This document shows positions 20,689-30,643 of a DNA stretch of 64,000 nucleotides, in pieces; the first letter of the stretch is position 1, and each line of letters starts with the position of its first letter. A model generated the notes under the pieces. It searched no databases, had not been told where the DNA came from, and saw nothing but the letters and a program-made list of their open reading frames with translations. Source of the stretch: a virus; IMG/VR virus record IMGVR_UViG_3300036766_001333, positions 13,881 through 77,880 of that record, one strand, 5' to 3'. A program made the position numbers and the translations under genes.

Positions 20689-20718
20689 GTTAAGGCCGGG
20701 TTTTCGCCCGGCCTTAAC
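20689..20718 (+). terminator. Intrinsic terminator-like hairpin
   Basis: 12-bp perfect stem gttaaggccggg/cccggccttaac with 6-nt loop. Confidence 0.8.
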
Positions 20719-20729
20719 TATTTTAAGAT

Positions 20730-21746
20730 ATGCTATTAAAAAGAACACTCTCAAAAAGAAATTTAGTTAAAGCCCCAGAAATATCCTTAAAAGATTTCCA
20801 CCGAAAAAGAAATTCAATATTGATAATAAGAAATGCCAGAGGTATAGGCGACATTCTAATGCATAGAATGATGTTTGAAGATTTTAAGCGTATTATGCCT
20901 GAATGTCGTTTAATTTTTGCTTGTCCTAAACAATATCATGATTTAGTTAAAGATCACCCTTATGTTGATGAAGTAGTAGATTCCGCAACTGTTAATCGTT
21001 TCAATTATATTGTATCTTACGATACTAGTTATTGTGATATAAGATATGAGTGTAGTATGGCTCCCTATATAGATAAACATCGAGCAGATATATGGGCAGA
21101 GCATTGTGGTGTTATTCTTACTAAACATAACATGCATTTATCATTTTTAGATGCCGAGAGTCTTCAATTTGGTATTTTACAAGTTCGACAAGCCAAAAAT
21201 ATGAACATGCAACTATATGACAAAAATAGTCCAAGCGTATTATTCTGTCCTATTGCTTTTGATAAATTGAGGTCTTTAACCAACAAACACATAGAGGATG
21301 TGGTTTCGTACTTAAGAGAAAAAGGAGTCTTTGTTTATAGTACTCACCAAACTAAGATTCCAATATTAAATGATCTTAATGTCCCAACATTTACAGGCTA
21401 CAGTACTAAAGAATGGCTAAGTTTTATTCATGCAGCAGATTATGTAATATCAGTAGATACAGCATCTTTTCACTATGCAGGGGGCATTAAAAAACCATTA
21501 GTTGGAATTTTCACTTACGCAGATGGCAAATATAGAGGCAAATACTTTGATTTTACATTGGTACAAAAGCATAGAGATAATGGGGATTGGCCATGTGGTC
21601 CATGCTATAATCATACAATGTGTACCCATCCAAAATGTAAAAATCCAAGTTCGTTAACCGAAACTAAGCCATGTTTGACAGAATTGAAATCCAGTGAGAT
21701 TATTGATGGTATAGAAAAAATGTTTGAAAAACATCCTTTTGGTTAA
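20730..21746 (+). CDS. Glycosyltransferase family 9 (heptosyltransferase-like)
   Basis: RGIGDILM...HPYVDEV and ADYVISVDTASFHYAGG motifs; C-terminal CGPC...C...C. Confidence 0.85.
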   Translation: MLLKRTLSKRNLVKAPEISLKDFHRKRNSILIIRNARGIGDILMHRMMFEDFKRIMPECRLIFACPKQYHDLVKDHPYVDEVVDSATVNRFNYIVSYDTSYCDIRYECSMAPYIDKHRADIWAEHCGVILTKHNMHLSFLDAESLQFGILQVRQAKNMNMQLYDKNSPSVLFCPIAFDKLRSLTNKHIEDVVSYLREKGVFVYSTHQTKIPILNDLNVPTFTGYSTKEWLSFIHAADYVISVDTASFHYAGGIKKPLVGIFTYADGKYRGKYFDFTLVQKHRDNGDWPCGPCYNHTMCTHPKCKNPSSLTETKPCLTELKSSEIIDGIEKMFEKHPFG

Positions 21747-21777
21747 AAATTAACCAAATGAGTAATAACTATATATT

Positions 21778-21981
21778 ATGGCATATTTAATAAAAGCTCC
21801 TATCTCAACTCAAGGAAATGAGTGTATTATTCATTTAGAAATTTCTTTAAATGTTAATGTAAATGGACAAGAACAAAAACCAGGACAAGTTCTAGAAGAA
21901 AAAAAAGAGGAAGAACATAATTGGCCAATGCCTGAATTTGATTCATCCAACAAAATAAATTTTGGAAAGGAAAAATCATGA
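21778..21981 (+). CDS. Small hypothetical protein translationally coupled to the actin-like gene
   Basis: 67 aa; ATGA overlap with the next gene. Confidence 0.6.
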   Translation: MAYLIKAPISTQGNECIIHLEISLNVNVNGQEQKPGQVLEEKKEEEHNWPMPEFDSSNKINFGKEKS

Positions 21982-23009
21982 GTATATCTGTAGATTGTGG
22001 TACTTATAATTTAGTAGCTTGCACCAGGGACGAAAACAATGGCTTCAAAAAGAAAAGAGAAGTAAATGCATTTGTTCAACTTTCATTAGAGGATAAATTT
22101 CTTTTTAATATGATGCGAGGCAAAAATGTACCAATTTTAGAAGAAAAAAGAAAAGATGGACAAAAAAATAAAGTAGGCTACTTATTAGGAGAATCAGCAA
22201 TTAGCATGGCCCTTGCATTTAATCAAGTTGAACTAAAAAGACCAATGCGTAGTGGATGTGTTAATCCTAAAGAATCAAATGCCTTTGAAATATTAAAGGT
22301 AATGATCCATAGCTTGCTTGAAGGCATGGTAAAACATGATAAAGAAATACTTTATTATACCATTCCCGCTGAAGCTTTAAACGAAAAAACTAACGTTGAA
22401 TATCACTCTAAAATACTTGAATTAATATTTAAGGCTTTTGAATCATCAGAAGGCTATAAAGTAACTCCAAATCCAATAAATGAAGGATTAGCACTTGTAT
22501 ACGCAGAATTAGAAGCTAGAAATTATACTGGATTCTCAGCTTCTTTCGGGAGCGGTATGGTAAATGTATGTTTCGCCTTATTTGGAGTGCCAGTTTTTAG
22601 TTTCGCATTAGTTAATAGTGGAGATTGGATAGATGAAACATGTGCAGAAGCAACTGGCGAATCAATAGCTTTTATTAACAAGGCTAAAACAGAAACAAGC
22701 TTAATAACTACTCCTACAAATCTAATAGAACGTGCAATTCAAACTCAATATAAAATAATGATAGAAAAAACGGTTGTAGGCATTAAAAAAGGATTAGAAA
22801 ATTCAAACAAAAAAGCTAGAGTAGACCAAGATGTTGATTTTGTTATAGCTGGGGGCACTTCTATGCCTGAAGGATTTGATACTTTATTTAAGGAAGTTAT
22901 AATGCAAGTTGACTTGCCTATAAAAATTGGAAACATTGTTAGACCGCCTGATCCTCTTTACAGCGTAAGTAGAGGGGCATTATTGGCTGCTGAGGCCGCT
23001 TCAAGGTAA
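21978..23009 (+). CDS. Actin-like (ASKHA) ATPase
   Basis: Phosphate-1 VDCGTYN, connect-1 INEGLA, phosphate-2 SFGSGMVN, adenosine IAGGTS, connect-2 YSVSRG. Confidence 0.85.
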   Translation: MSISVDCGTYNLVACTRDENNGFKKKREVNAFVQLSLEDKFLFNMMRGKNVPILEEKRKDGQKNKVGYLLGESAISMALAFNQVELKRPMRSGCVNPKESNAFEILKVMIHSLLEGMVKHDKEILYYTIPAEALNEKTNVEYHSKILELIFKAFESSEGYKVTPNPINEGLALVYAELEARNYTGFSASFGSGMVNVCFALFGVPVFSFALVNSGDWIDETCAEATGESIAFINKAKTETSLITTPTNLIERAIQTQYKIMIEKTVVGIKKGLENSNKKARVDQDVDFVIAGGTSMPEGFDTLFKEVIMQVDLPIKIGNIVRPPDPLYSVSRGALLAAEAASR

Positions 23010-23026
23010 TTTATAAAGGAGACTAC

Positions 23027-23674
23027 ATGGATAATAATCATTGTGAAGGGTGCAATTGTACTTATTGTGACGAAGAAAAACAAAAAGAATTTAAAATTCT
23101 TTTAAATGACAAAAAACAAACAATTCCTGAATTAATGTGTTGTAGCGAACAGACAATTCATACATTCATCAATCAATCTAAGGATGATGTAAAAAAACTA
23201 TTAGAGGATGAAATTAAACGTAAGACTGAAGATAAAGCAGGATTATTAATTTTAAACGTCAATAAAGAACCTAAATTAGCTTATGAAAAAGAATCTTCTG
23301 AAGTTGAAGTAAAATTAAGATCAGTTGACGGCTTAGTAAAATCTATAGAGGATACAACAACTGAACACTTAAAAGCCACATGGCGAAAATTATCTGGAGT
23401 TCTTCCAGAAAGCTATGGTATGGATGATACTAAGAGTATAGATTTAATGGCTGATGTATTAAAAGCCATACAAAAGAAATTTGCCAGTCTAAAACTTGAC
23501 TGGTCGGATGAAGGATTCTTCAAAGTATTGTTAATAAATCAAGCTAGAACCAATATAAAACAAGAATATGTTTATGACTTATATGGTTCCCTTAAATTAA
23601 TGTTTGGGGAGCATGAGTCTATAGATTTTGTAGCAGAGATAATTGGTAAAAAACTAGCATCTTTATTCTCATAG
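23027..23674 (+). CDS. Hypothetical protein
   Basis: 215 aa; AAGGAG SD; N-terminal CxxCxCxxC. Confidence 0.6.
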   Translation: MDNNHCEGCNCTYCDEEKQKEFKILLNDKKQTIPELMCCSEQTIHTFINQSKDDVKKLLEDEIKRKTEDKAGLLILNVNKEPKLAYEKESSEVEVKLRSVDGLVKSIEDTTTEHLKATWRKLSGVLPESYGMDDTKSIDLMADVLKAIQKKFASLKLDWSDEGFFKVLLINQARTNIKQEYVYDLYGSLKLMFGEHESIDFVAEIIGKKLASLFS

Positions 23675-23720
23675 TGTACTATTATAAGTATAGTCAAATT
23701 AACAATTTAGGGAAAATACT

Positions 23721-23954
23721 ATGGAATCAGATTTAGTACATAAATCCGTATCAGATTTAGGTGCAGCCGCTTACGTTATGATGCACAAGTATAAAGTAAT
23801 CGGCAGACAAGGAAAATCTATATATTTTGAAGTAGAAGAAAAAGAACAAGATGCATTTGATAATTTAGTGCTAGAATATCTATCAAGTGAATTTCACCGA
23901 TTTGATTCATGCTTAATGTCATTGAAGAAAATCGGTGAATTTATGCCAAAATAA
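23721..23954 (+). CDS. Small phage protein (DUF5659-like)
   Basis: SDLGAAAYVMM...IYFE pattern. Confidence 0.5.
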   Translation: MESDLVHKSVSDLGAAAYVMMHKYKVIGRQGKSIYFEVEEKEQDAFDNLVLEYLSSEFHRFDSCLMSLKKIGEFMPK

Positions 23955-23966
23955 ACTAAATAAATC

Positions 23967-25244
23967 ATGCAACCACAATATGAGCCAGCCGACGCACAAT
24001 CAATAGATTATTTAGATAAACAAATAGATTCTTTATTTGATGAACTTAAAAAAAGAATCTATGATTTAACGGCACCTCGTAGCACTTGGTTCGATAAGAT
24101 GAAAGGCTGGACTGGCAAGCAAATGAGAACATTTGCGGATCGTTTACAACAACCCAAACAAAATCCATTATTTGCCAAAGGACCAACTCAAGAAAACAAT
24201 TTATCACTTAATTTAGAACAATATGCTCAAATTAAGGTTTTAGTTGAAGAATTAGAAATTAAAATAAACGAAAACAATGGATTTATTGATAATATTTTAG
24301 ATCAATATAAAACAAGATTGAAAAATTTAATAAAATCGTATGTTGCAAGACCTAAAGTAGTTCCAAGAGTTATTAAAAGCGAACCTAATGTAGAAAAGTC
24401 ATTTACAGGAAGTGAGTTTGATGAAAGAATTCCTGGCGGCTATGTTCAGCATGATCCTTGGACGTTAGAGCCGCATAAGGAAGAACCAGAAGCAGAAGAA
24501 CCCCCTTCAAAAATAGAGCCTAAAGCAGAACCTACACCTATACCTAAAATAGAACCAGAAAAAACTACTCAAGCACCTACAGAACCTAGAAGAAGGAAAA
24601 GGAGAGAACGAATTCTTCCACAAACTCAAGAAGAAGCTCCTAAAGTAAGGCAAGTATCGCCAGAAGATGTAGAAAACATTAAATTAGGCTATGCTCTTGA
24701 TCTTGCCAAGCATTTATTTGGGACGCCTTCAGAAAGCGACCTTAAAATGGCAATTGAACAAACAAAAGATCATGATATAGGTCAAATTGATGCAAGTCGT
24801 TATAATGATTTTATAAAGATTGCAAAAGAATTTAAAAATAAGAATTCTGCACAACCAATGGCGGCATCAGAATCACCAACTCAACAGCCTCAAATTGGCC
24901 CTATGGACGTTCCCCCTGCACCTGCATCAAACGAAAAAACCAAAGATCAATTGCTTGCAATGACCGGAAAAGAATTAAAAGATTTCTTAAAAGATCATGA
25001 TCCAGAATTAGTAGATGCTTACAATGATAGAGAGTGGCACAGTAAACATTTAAGAAAAGAAATAGTTTTAAGTTACCTAGCTTCTAAAAATCACAAAAGA
25101 CAATCTGAATCTTTCGAAGGAAGAATTCAACTATATAAAACATTACTTAGGGAAGATGTCAGGCCCAAATTAATTCATTATCAATTACAAAATATTCCAT
25201 TTAATGAAAAACTATCTATGATTTTAAAAAGGATTAAAGATTAG
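23967..25244 (+). CDS. Hypothetical late protein with Pro/Glu-rich disordered middle
   Basis: ACTAAATA 4 nt before the ATG; EPEAEEPPSKIEPKAEPTP region. Confidence 0.6.
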   Translation: MQPQYEPADAQSIDYLDKQIDSLFDELKKRIYDLTAPRSTWFDKMKGWTGKQMRTFADRLQQPKQNPLFAKGPTQENNLSLNLEQYAQIKVLVEELEIKINENNGFIDNILDQYKTRLKNLIKSYVARPKVVPRVIKSEPNVEKSFTGSEFDERIPGGYVQHDPWTLEPHKEEPEAEEPPSKIEPKAEPTPIPKIEPEKTTQAPTEPRRRKRRERILPQTQEEAPKVRQVSPEDVENIKLGYALDLAKHLFGTPSESDLKMAIEQTKDHDIGQIDASRYNDFIKIAKEFKNKNSAQPMAASESPTQQPQIGPMDVPPAPASNEKTKDQLLAMTGKELKDFLKDHDPELVDAYNDREWHSKHLRKEIVLSYLASKNHKRQSESFEGRIQLYKTLLREDVRPKLIHYQLQNIPFNEKLSMILKRIKD

Positions 25245-25614
25245 CCTTTTTAAGCATTTTTTGAATATCTGAAGGGTTCACATAAGGAGTTTTTACAGTT
25301 TCGGGAGGTTTGTCTATAATTTTTAGTTTTTCTGCTGTTAGTGGCTTTTCTTTTTCATAATCATCAATGATTTTAGCATGATTTGGATTATCCTTATATA
25401 AAACCTGTTCTTCAGCTATAGAAACAACATGCGAAAGAAAAATATAGTTTTTGCAATTGGTAATATGATGTGTCATTAAAATCCCATCATCATCTATTGA
25501 ATCAATTTTCCCGGTAAAGTAATCCACCATTTGTTCATATTGAAATTTAAAATTTATAGCTAGTGTTGTAACAGTACAAACTTTGTTGATAAAGTATTTT
25601 AAATTTTCTTTCAT
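25234..25614 (-). CDS. Hypothetical protein (possible Sm/LSm-like fold)
   Basis: FINKVCTV...FTGKIDSIDDDGILM...YIFLSHVVSI. Confidence 0.45.
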   Translation of the reverse strand: MKENLKYFINKVCTVTTLAINFKFQYEQMVDYFTGKIDSIDDDGILMTHHITNCKNYIFLSHVVSIAEEQVLYKDNPNHAKIIDDYEKEKPLTAEKLKIIDKPPETVKTPYVNPSDIQKMLKKANL

Positions 25615-26606
25615 TTCAATAAAAACTCCTCTATTGCATCATTTATGAATTTTTCACTTTTAACAACCCATGCCTTGATTATATCAGAGTTAAGTTTAAT
25701 CAACATTTCATTCCAATCTTTAAATCCAAAGGGCGGACGTACATATGTAACTCTAATTCCACTACGTATTAATTTATCACTCATCTCTTTTAGGCCAAGC
25801 AATCCTGCCCTATCTTCATCTAAACTTAAACAAATTTGATATCCTTTTAGCATTTCTATTTGTCTTTCTGAGAGAATCTTGCCACCGCACGCAGCACTAT
25901 TAAAGCCACACAATTTAAGAGTCAAAGCATCAAATTCACCTTCAGTCAAGTAAACTTTACTTCCAGCTTGTGGCCATGAAGGGAAATAAAGAACATCGCC
26001 CTTACCAACTCCTGTAGTTTTTTCTGGGCCAAAGTATCTTAATTTAGATTTCCCGATAGCTCTGCCATTAAAATAAATCAATTTTCCAGCTATGTCATAA
26101 TAAGGGATAATTATTCTATCCCCATAATCGCCGGAAATACAATAATACAATCCATCAATAGGTAACTTCCTTCCCTGTAAATAATTTACAGGTTTACTTC
26201 TGATTTTTTCTTCTAAGTCATTAATTAGAAAGGAGTTAAGAGGCAAGGCTAATCCGATTTCTTTTTTTTCAGATTCGGCTTTCTTAACAAAGAAGTCATC
26301 TAATTTTTCTTCTAATTCTCTCATGCATATAAATTCACCTGAAAGTACCCCTTTTGCTTCATGATAAGTGCAATTGTCTACCAGCATAATCAAACCTATC
26401 AAGGTTCCTTTTTTATCTGTTTTAAAACAGTGGTAACAACCTCCTTTCCTCTTATATTTACCCCCAGATGGAGAACACCACAGATGATGGCCTTTATCCT
26501 CTGCAAAGACAGAATTTATGCGGACTTCATCACCTTTTGCAAGAACATCGCCAAATTTATCTTTGGCCCAACGCAAAAAGGAATCATAAGAACAATCTTT
26601 AGACAT
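25611..26606 (-). CDS. DNA primase (DnaG-type, TOPRIM)
   Basis: YHCFKT Zn-binding region, RIIIPY...FNGR, TOPRIM YLTEGEFDAL and LDEDRAG, KDWNE. Confidence 0.9.
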   Translation of the reverse strand: MSKDCSYDSFLRWAKDKFGDVLAKGDEVRINSVFAEDKGHHLWCSPSGGKYKRKGGCYHCFKTDKKGTLIGLIMLVDNCTYHEAKGVLSGEFICMRELEEKLDDFFVKKAESEKKEIGLALPLNSFLINDLEEKIRSKPVNYLQGRKLPIDGLYYCISGDYGDRIIIPYYDIAGKLIYFNGRAIGKSKLRYFGPEKTTGVGKGDVLYFPSWPQAGSKVYLTEGEFDALTLKLCGFNSAACGGKILSERQIEMLKGYQICLSLDEDRAGLLGLKEMSDKLIRSGIRVTYVRPPFGFKDWNEMLIKLNSDIIKAWVVKSEKFINDAIEEFLLK

Positions 26607-26831
26607 TTAAGCCCATTTTAGAAAAATGTTATACAGATTACTACTCTATAATAGCATAAAAAGGAAATAATATCAATGTTTAGGAATTATTCATTACTTT
26701 TCCAAGAGTATTCTACAAAAAACTAAAAGCAATAATATAGCTTCCACCTCAATTATACAAAATCCTCTATAGATTTTAAAGCTAACTTTCTATATGATAT
26801 GTAAATTAAATTAAATAAGAAATGGGAAATA

Positions 26832-27593
26832 ATGGAAATAGAACATATTAGCGTAAGTAGGAAGTCGATTTTTGATTTATGTGAACAAAAATACAAATTC
26901 AGGTATCATGTAAAAGCAATCTCAGATGGGCCTGAGCCTTTTTATTTTACTTATGGGAAAATTGTTCATAAGGTAGCACAAGTTTATGTTGAAAATAAAG
27001 GCAAAAATTCAATCAATAGTATTGCCAAAGATGTATTAAGTGGTAAGATAGAGTTAGAGGATAACAGAAAAGCACCACCACTTGAAGACGAATATAAATC
27101 AAAATTTCCAAATCATTTAAGGAATGTTGTAAAGATTACTGATAAGCTAGGATTTGAAGGGGAAGTTGAATATCCTTTTAAATATGATCTTGATCCACCT
27201 AATGAAAGGTATGTCAAAGGAGTTATAGATCGTTTAATTATCAAAAATGACAAATATTGGATTTTAGATTACAAAACGACAAAAAAAGGAAAGTTTAGAA
27301 AATCGGCAAGAGATATAACTGAAGATATACAGTTAAGATGTTATGCAAAAGTAGTGCAAAAAGAGTTCGGAGCAAAAGCTGAAGATATAAAAACTGCACT
27401 TTATTACTTAGATGATAATGAAATGGTAGGAGCCTGCTTTGGACAATCTTCATTAGATCAAGCTGAACAAGAACTTCTGCAAGCTTATATGGTCATCAAA
27501 AGCACTGATCCAAGTAAAGTTTTTGGAAGAACTGGCGATCACTGCCGCAGATGTGAATATAAAAACCAATGTCCTTTTTACTCGTTAACATGA
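26832..27593 (+). CDS. PD-(D/E)xK nuclease, Cas4/RecB/AddB-like with Fe-S cysteines
   Basis: N-terminal Cys, GVIDRL...ILDYKT, QLRCY, C-terminal CRRCEYKNQC. Confidence 0.85.
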   Translation: MEIEHISVSRKSIFDLCEQKYKFRYHVKAISDGPEPFYFTYGKIVHKVAQVYVENKGKNSINSIAKDVLSGKIELEDNRKAPPLEDEYKSKFPNHLRNVVKITDKLGFEGEVEYPFKYDLDPPNERYVKGVIDRLIIKNDKYWILDYKTTKKGKFRKSARDITEDIQLRCYAKVVQKEFGAKAEDIKTALYYLDDNEMVGACFGQSSLDQAEQELLQAYMVIKSTDPSKVFGRTGDHCRRCEYKNQCPFYSLT

Positions 27594-28060
27594 AAAGACT
27601 AACTATCTCACATAGCATATATCTGACCAGTGAACAGGTATATTCCCTTTATGAAGGGGGAGAAATTAGAGTTATAGGAGTCAATATACCGATATGGATT
27701 ATAGAAAATAAAACAACGGAACCAGCAAAAGAAGTGTTTGCAAAATATACAATAAGTAATCAAAATAAAGGAATTAGTATAAAATATAATGAAGAAGGAT
27801 ACGAGATAACGCTTCCAAAACACCATATCCCAAAGGGACATCTAATTCTAAAGGAAGTATATAACTCTCTTTCCGAAGAAAATCAAATTAAATATCAAGA
27901 ACCAAGATTATGTATTGAAAATTTATTAGATATTCCAGACGGATCGGGATGGCTAGCTTTTAGACAATTTAATAATATTAAAGTAGAAGATAAACTAGCA
28001 GACTTAGTACATTATGTGGAAATTAAAAAAATGAATGATTTATTAGAAAGTCTTTGTTAA
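27590..28060 (+). CDS. Hypothetical protein
   Basis: ATGA overlap with the nuclease stop. Confidence 0.55.
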   Translation: MKRLTISHSIYLTSEQVYSLYEGGEIRVIGVNIPIWIIENKTTEPAKEVFAKYTISNQNKGISIKYNEEGYEITLPKHHIPKGHLILKEVYNSLSEENQIKYQEPRLCIENLLDIPDGSGWLAFRQFNNIKVEDKLADLVHYVEIKKMNDLLESLC

Positions 28061-28077
28061 CTGCTAAATATAGCAGA

Positions 28078-28908
28078 ATGAATTTCTATCAGTTAAATTT
28101 ATTTATAGAAGAAAATCCAATTCAGGATACGCCATCTCAAACAAATGTTGATGTAAATTTCAGACAATTGAGAAAACAAGGGATATTACATGCCAAAGAC
28201 CCTTTAAATAAATATAAAATAAATCAAGATATAGAAGAAGGAATAAATGTAGTTTGGATTACTGGAATGTATTCTGGAATGTGGCCTGGAACTGGAAAAT
28301 ATGGACCATTACTAAAATCACTAGGGTATAATATTAAAGTAATAAAAACGGCTGCTGACCCCGTGGCTGCTGCGACCGGGAGAATATCAAATACTATTGA
28401 TTGGGAGCCACTTACAAGAGCAAGTCAATATTTTGCATCTAGAATAGTCAACAGAAATCAAGATAAAGTAGGAAAAGAATTAGGTGGAGTAATTCCAGAT
28501 TTAATTGTAGGAAGCAGTCAAGGAGGGGCAATTGCATTATCTTTAGCACCTAATTTTCCAGAAATTCCCATGATATTAGTAGCTCCAGCATGGAAAATTT
28601 TTCATATTAAGCCAACATATCTCAACCCAAAATCAATTATCATTCATGGCAAAAGAGACGTTTCCGTTCCAACTAATGATAGCTTAGAGTTAGCCGAAAT
28701 AACTGGTTTATCCCCTAGCAGAATCATACTAACTAACGATGGTCATATTATATCAAATGGTTTTTCTAGAATAATTGAAGCAATTTTTAATCTTACTAAA
28801 AACTTATTACATCAAAAAAAAGTAAATGCAAAAAGAAGATATGCTTTAGAAAATAAAGAAATATCAATTCATGTGCCGAAATTTAATTTTTATATGTTTG
28901 AAGCCTAA
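28078..28908 (+). CDS. Alpha/beta hydrolase with internal-protein-like leader
   Basis: GSSQGG nucleophile elbow, HGKRD, NDGH triad; GCTAAATA 7 nt before the ATG. Confidence 0.8.
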   Translation: MNFYQLNLFIEENPIQDTPSQTNVDVNFRQLRKQGILHAKDPLNKYKINQDIEEGINVVWITGMYSGMWPGTGKYGPLLKSLGYNIKVIKTAADPVAAATGRISNTIDWEPLTRASQYFASRIVNRNQDKVGKELGGVIPDLIVGSSQGGAIALSLAPNFPEIPMILVAPAWKIFHIKPTYLNPKSIIIHGKRDVSVPTNDSLELAEITGLSPSRIILTNDGHIISNGFSRIIEAIFNLTKNLLHQKKVNAKRRYALENKEISIHVPKFNFYMFEA

Positions 28909-28920
28909 TAAATAATTATT

Positions 28921-29727
28921 ATGTTGAGATTTAAAGAATATTTAGCTATTGAAGAAGTTAGTGAAAACTTATTTGAATCCGACAGAGAAGGGATTCGTAT
29001 CAAAGGAATTTGGAAGCCCTCAGAAGAACCAATGCAAAAACCTCCTTTTCAACCTGGAGTTATCGACAAGGCCGCAGATATTATAATTAACCCTATATCC
29101 AGTGCTTTTTATGAAACAGGCAAATTATATAAAGGATTATTTAACACAGCAATAAAAATGGTGTTTAGAGGTATAGGCGAAGTCTCAAAACCTTTAATAA
29201 ATCCAGTTGTTGCAGCCATAGGCGGAGCTTTAAAGATAGTTTTCGATCCGGCAACAAGGTTAATCCAAACACAAGCAAACTTTGCTCATACTACAGGCAC
29301 AGATGAAATGATGCAAATTGAAAATGAAATTAAATCTAGATTTCCTAATAATCCACAATTACAACAATCAATTATGAGAAGTATTTCCAATAACTTAAAA
29401 CAAATACAATCTCAAATTCAACAAGTTCAAAGTTCGACAAAAAATAATCCAGCATTAAATAACATCAAAAATACAATAATTCAACATTTAAATGCTACTT
29501 GGAAGGCTTTTGCAAATGAAATTAAAAATTATCCAATGGCTATTGCAAATGCCTTTACTCATAGCTTTAAATCGGAAGATTTCCATTCAAGAAGGATTCC
29601 TCAAGAATTTCAAACACAAATAGAATTTTTAGCTAGACAAATTAAAAATCCAGATAAACAACGTCAGTTTTTACAATCTATGATTGAATTAGCAAACAGA
29701 ATAATTCACGAAATTCCCAATAATTAA
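28921..29727 (+). CDS. Putative internal head protein (MLRFKEYLAIEE leader), Gln/Asn-rich helical
   Basis: Leader resembles T4 internal-protein leaders; AATAAATA 6 nt before the ATG. Confidence 0.55.
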   Translation: MLRFKEYLAIEEVSENLFESDREGIRIKGIWKPSEEPMQKPPFQPGVIDKAADIIINPISSAFYETGKLYKGLFNTAIKMVFRGIGEVSKPLINPVVAAIGGALKIVFDPATRLIQTQANFAHTTGTDEMMQIENEIKSRFPNNPQLQQSIMRSISNNLKQIQSQIQQVQSSTKNNPALNNIKNTIIQHLNATWKAFANEIKNYPMAIANAFTHSFKSEDFHSRRIPQEFQTQIEFLARQIKNPDKQRQFLQSMIELANRIIHEIPNN

Positions 29728-30470
29728 ACATATTTTATTTTTTTAATTCTAAATTTTTCTGGATTGTCATCACCCATCCACCCAAAACCATATCTGTCTC
29801 TTGAATTGTAATAATCCCAAAATCCTTGTCCTAAATTCATTTTTGCAACCATTGTTCTCCACTGACGATCAGCAGTTCCCCTATTATAAGCAGTAGCTTT
29901 TGGGTGCGCACATCTTATCCCATAATCTCTTGCAACAATTTTACCCTCTAATGCACAATAATATGCTGCTATTACCTCAATACCCCAGCCAAATAAATTG
30001 ATGTTTAAATCCATTGGCCCAACTTTGTTAGAAATACTTGTTGATAAGCTCCAAATAGTACTATCAGTTGCAGGAACTTTTTTAACCCCGTCTCCCAAAT
30101 CTTCTAACATATATGGATTATAAGTCCAAGGTGTCCAATGAAAGTTAGGAGCATATATGCCTGCTTTATCACCATGTTTTTTATAAAAGTCTGTTAATCG
30201 AACCATCAATCTATTGTAATCGAAAATAGTCACATCAGAGTTAATTAGTAAAATAACATCAGCATCGGATAATTCAAGAGCTTTATTCCAAAGACCAGAA
30301 TAATAAATATTACCATATTTTTTAATTCTATCTGTTTCTTCAAATTCAGGATCATCTTTATGATGACAATTTAATAAAAATGTATCAGCCCCAATGTTAG
30401 TTAAATTTTCATATAAATCATATGCTTTTCTAAAAATAGCATAATTAAAAATAAAAACTTGGATTCGCAT
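29724..30470 (-). CDS. GT-A/GT2-like glycosyltransferase
   Basis: YYSGLWNKAL...ILLINSD and FGWGIE motifs. Confidence 0.7.
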   Translation of the reverse strand: MRIQVFIFNYAIFRKAYDLYENLTNIGADTFLLNCHHKDDPEFEETDRIKKYGNIYYSGLWNKALELSDADVILLINSDVTIFDYNRLMVRLTDFYKKHGDKAGIYAPNFHWTPWTYNPYMLEDLGDGVKKVPATDSTIWSLSTSISNKVGPMDLNINLFGWGIEVIAAYYCALEGKIVARDYGIRCAHPKATAYNRGTADRQWRTMVAKMNLGQGFWDYYNSRDRYGFGWMGDDNPEKFRIKKIKYV

Positions 30471-30472
30471 AA

Positions 30473-30480
30473 TATAAATA
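30473..30480 (+). promoter_or_regulatory. Canonical T4-type late promoter TATAAATA in a 14-nt divergent spacer
   Basis: Exact T4 late consensus 4 nt before ATG 30485. Confidence 0.7.
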
Positions 30481-30484
30481 TAGT

Positions 30485-30643
30485 ATGAATCTAAAGCTCT
30501 CTTTTAAAAAATGGCTAGAAGCTTCAGGAGCCGAAAGGATTAATCCAGATCAAACTCCAGACCCCGATAGTCTAGGTAAATTTAGATTGGACTTAACTCC
30601 TCTGCCTGGAAATAAAAAAGGTATGAAAAAAACCAAAAATTAA
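30485..30643 (+). CDS. Small putative internal head protein (52 aa), missed by ORF track
   Basis: MNLKLSFKKWLEASGAERINPDQTPDPDSLGKFRLDLTPLPGNKKGMKKTKN. Confidence 0.65.
   Translation: MNLKLSFKKWLEASGAERINPDQTPDPDSLGKFRLDLTPLPGNKKGMKKTKN

Noticed and set aside
26832-27593. Cas4-like nuclease as evidence of a CRISPR-Cas system
   Set aside because: No cas1/cas2 or array is present; solo Cas4-like nucleases are common in phage replication regions.
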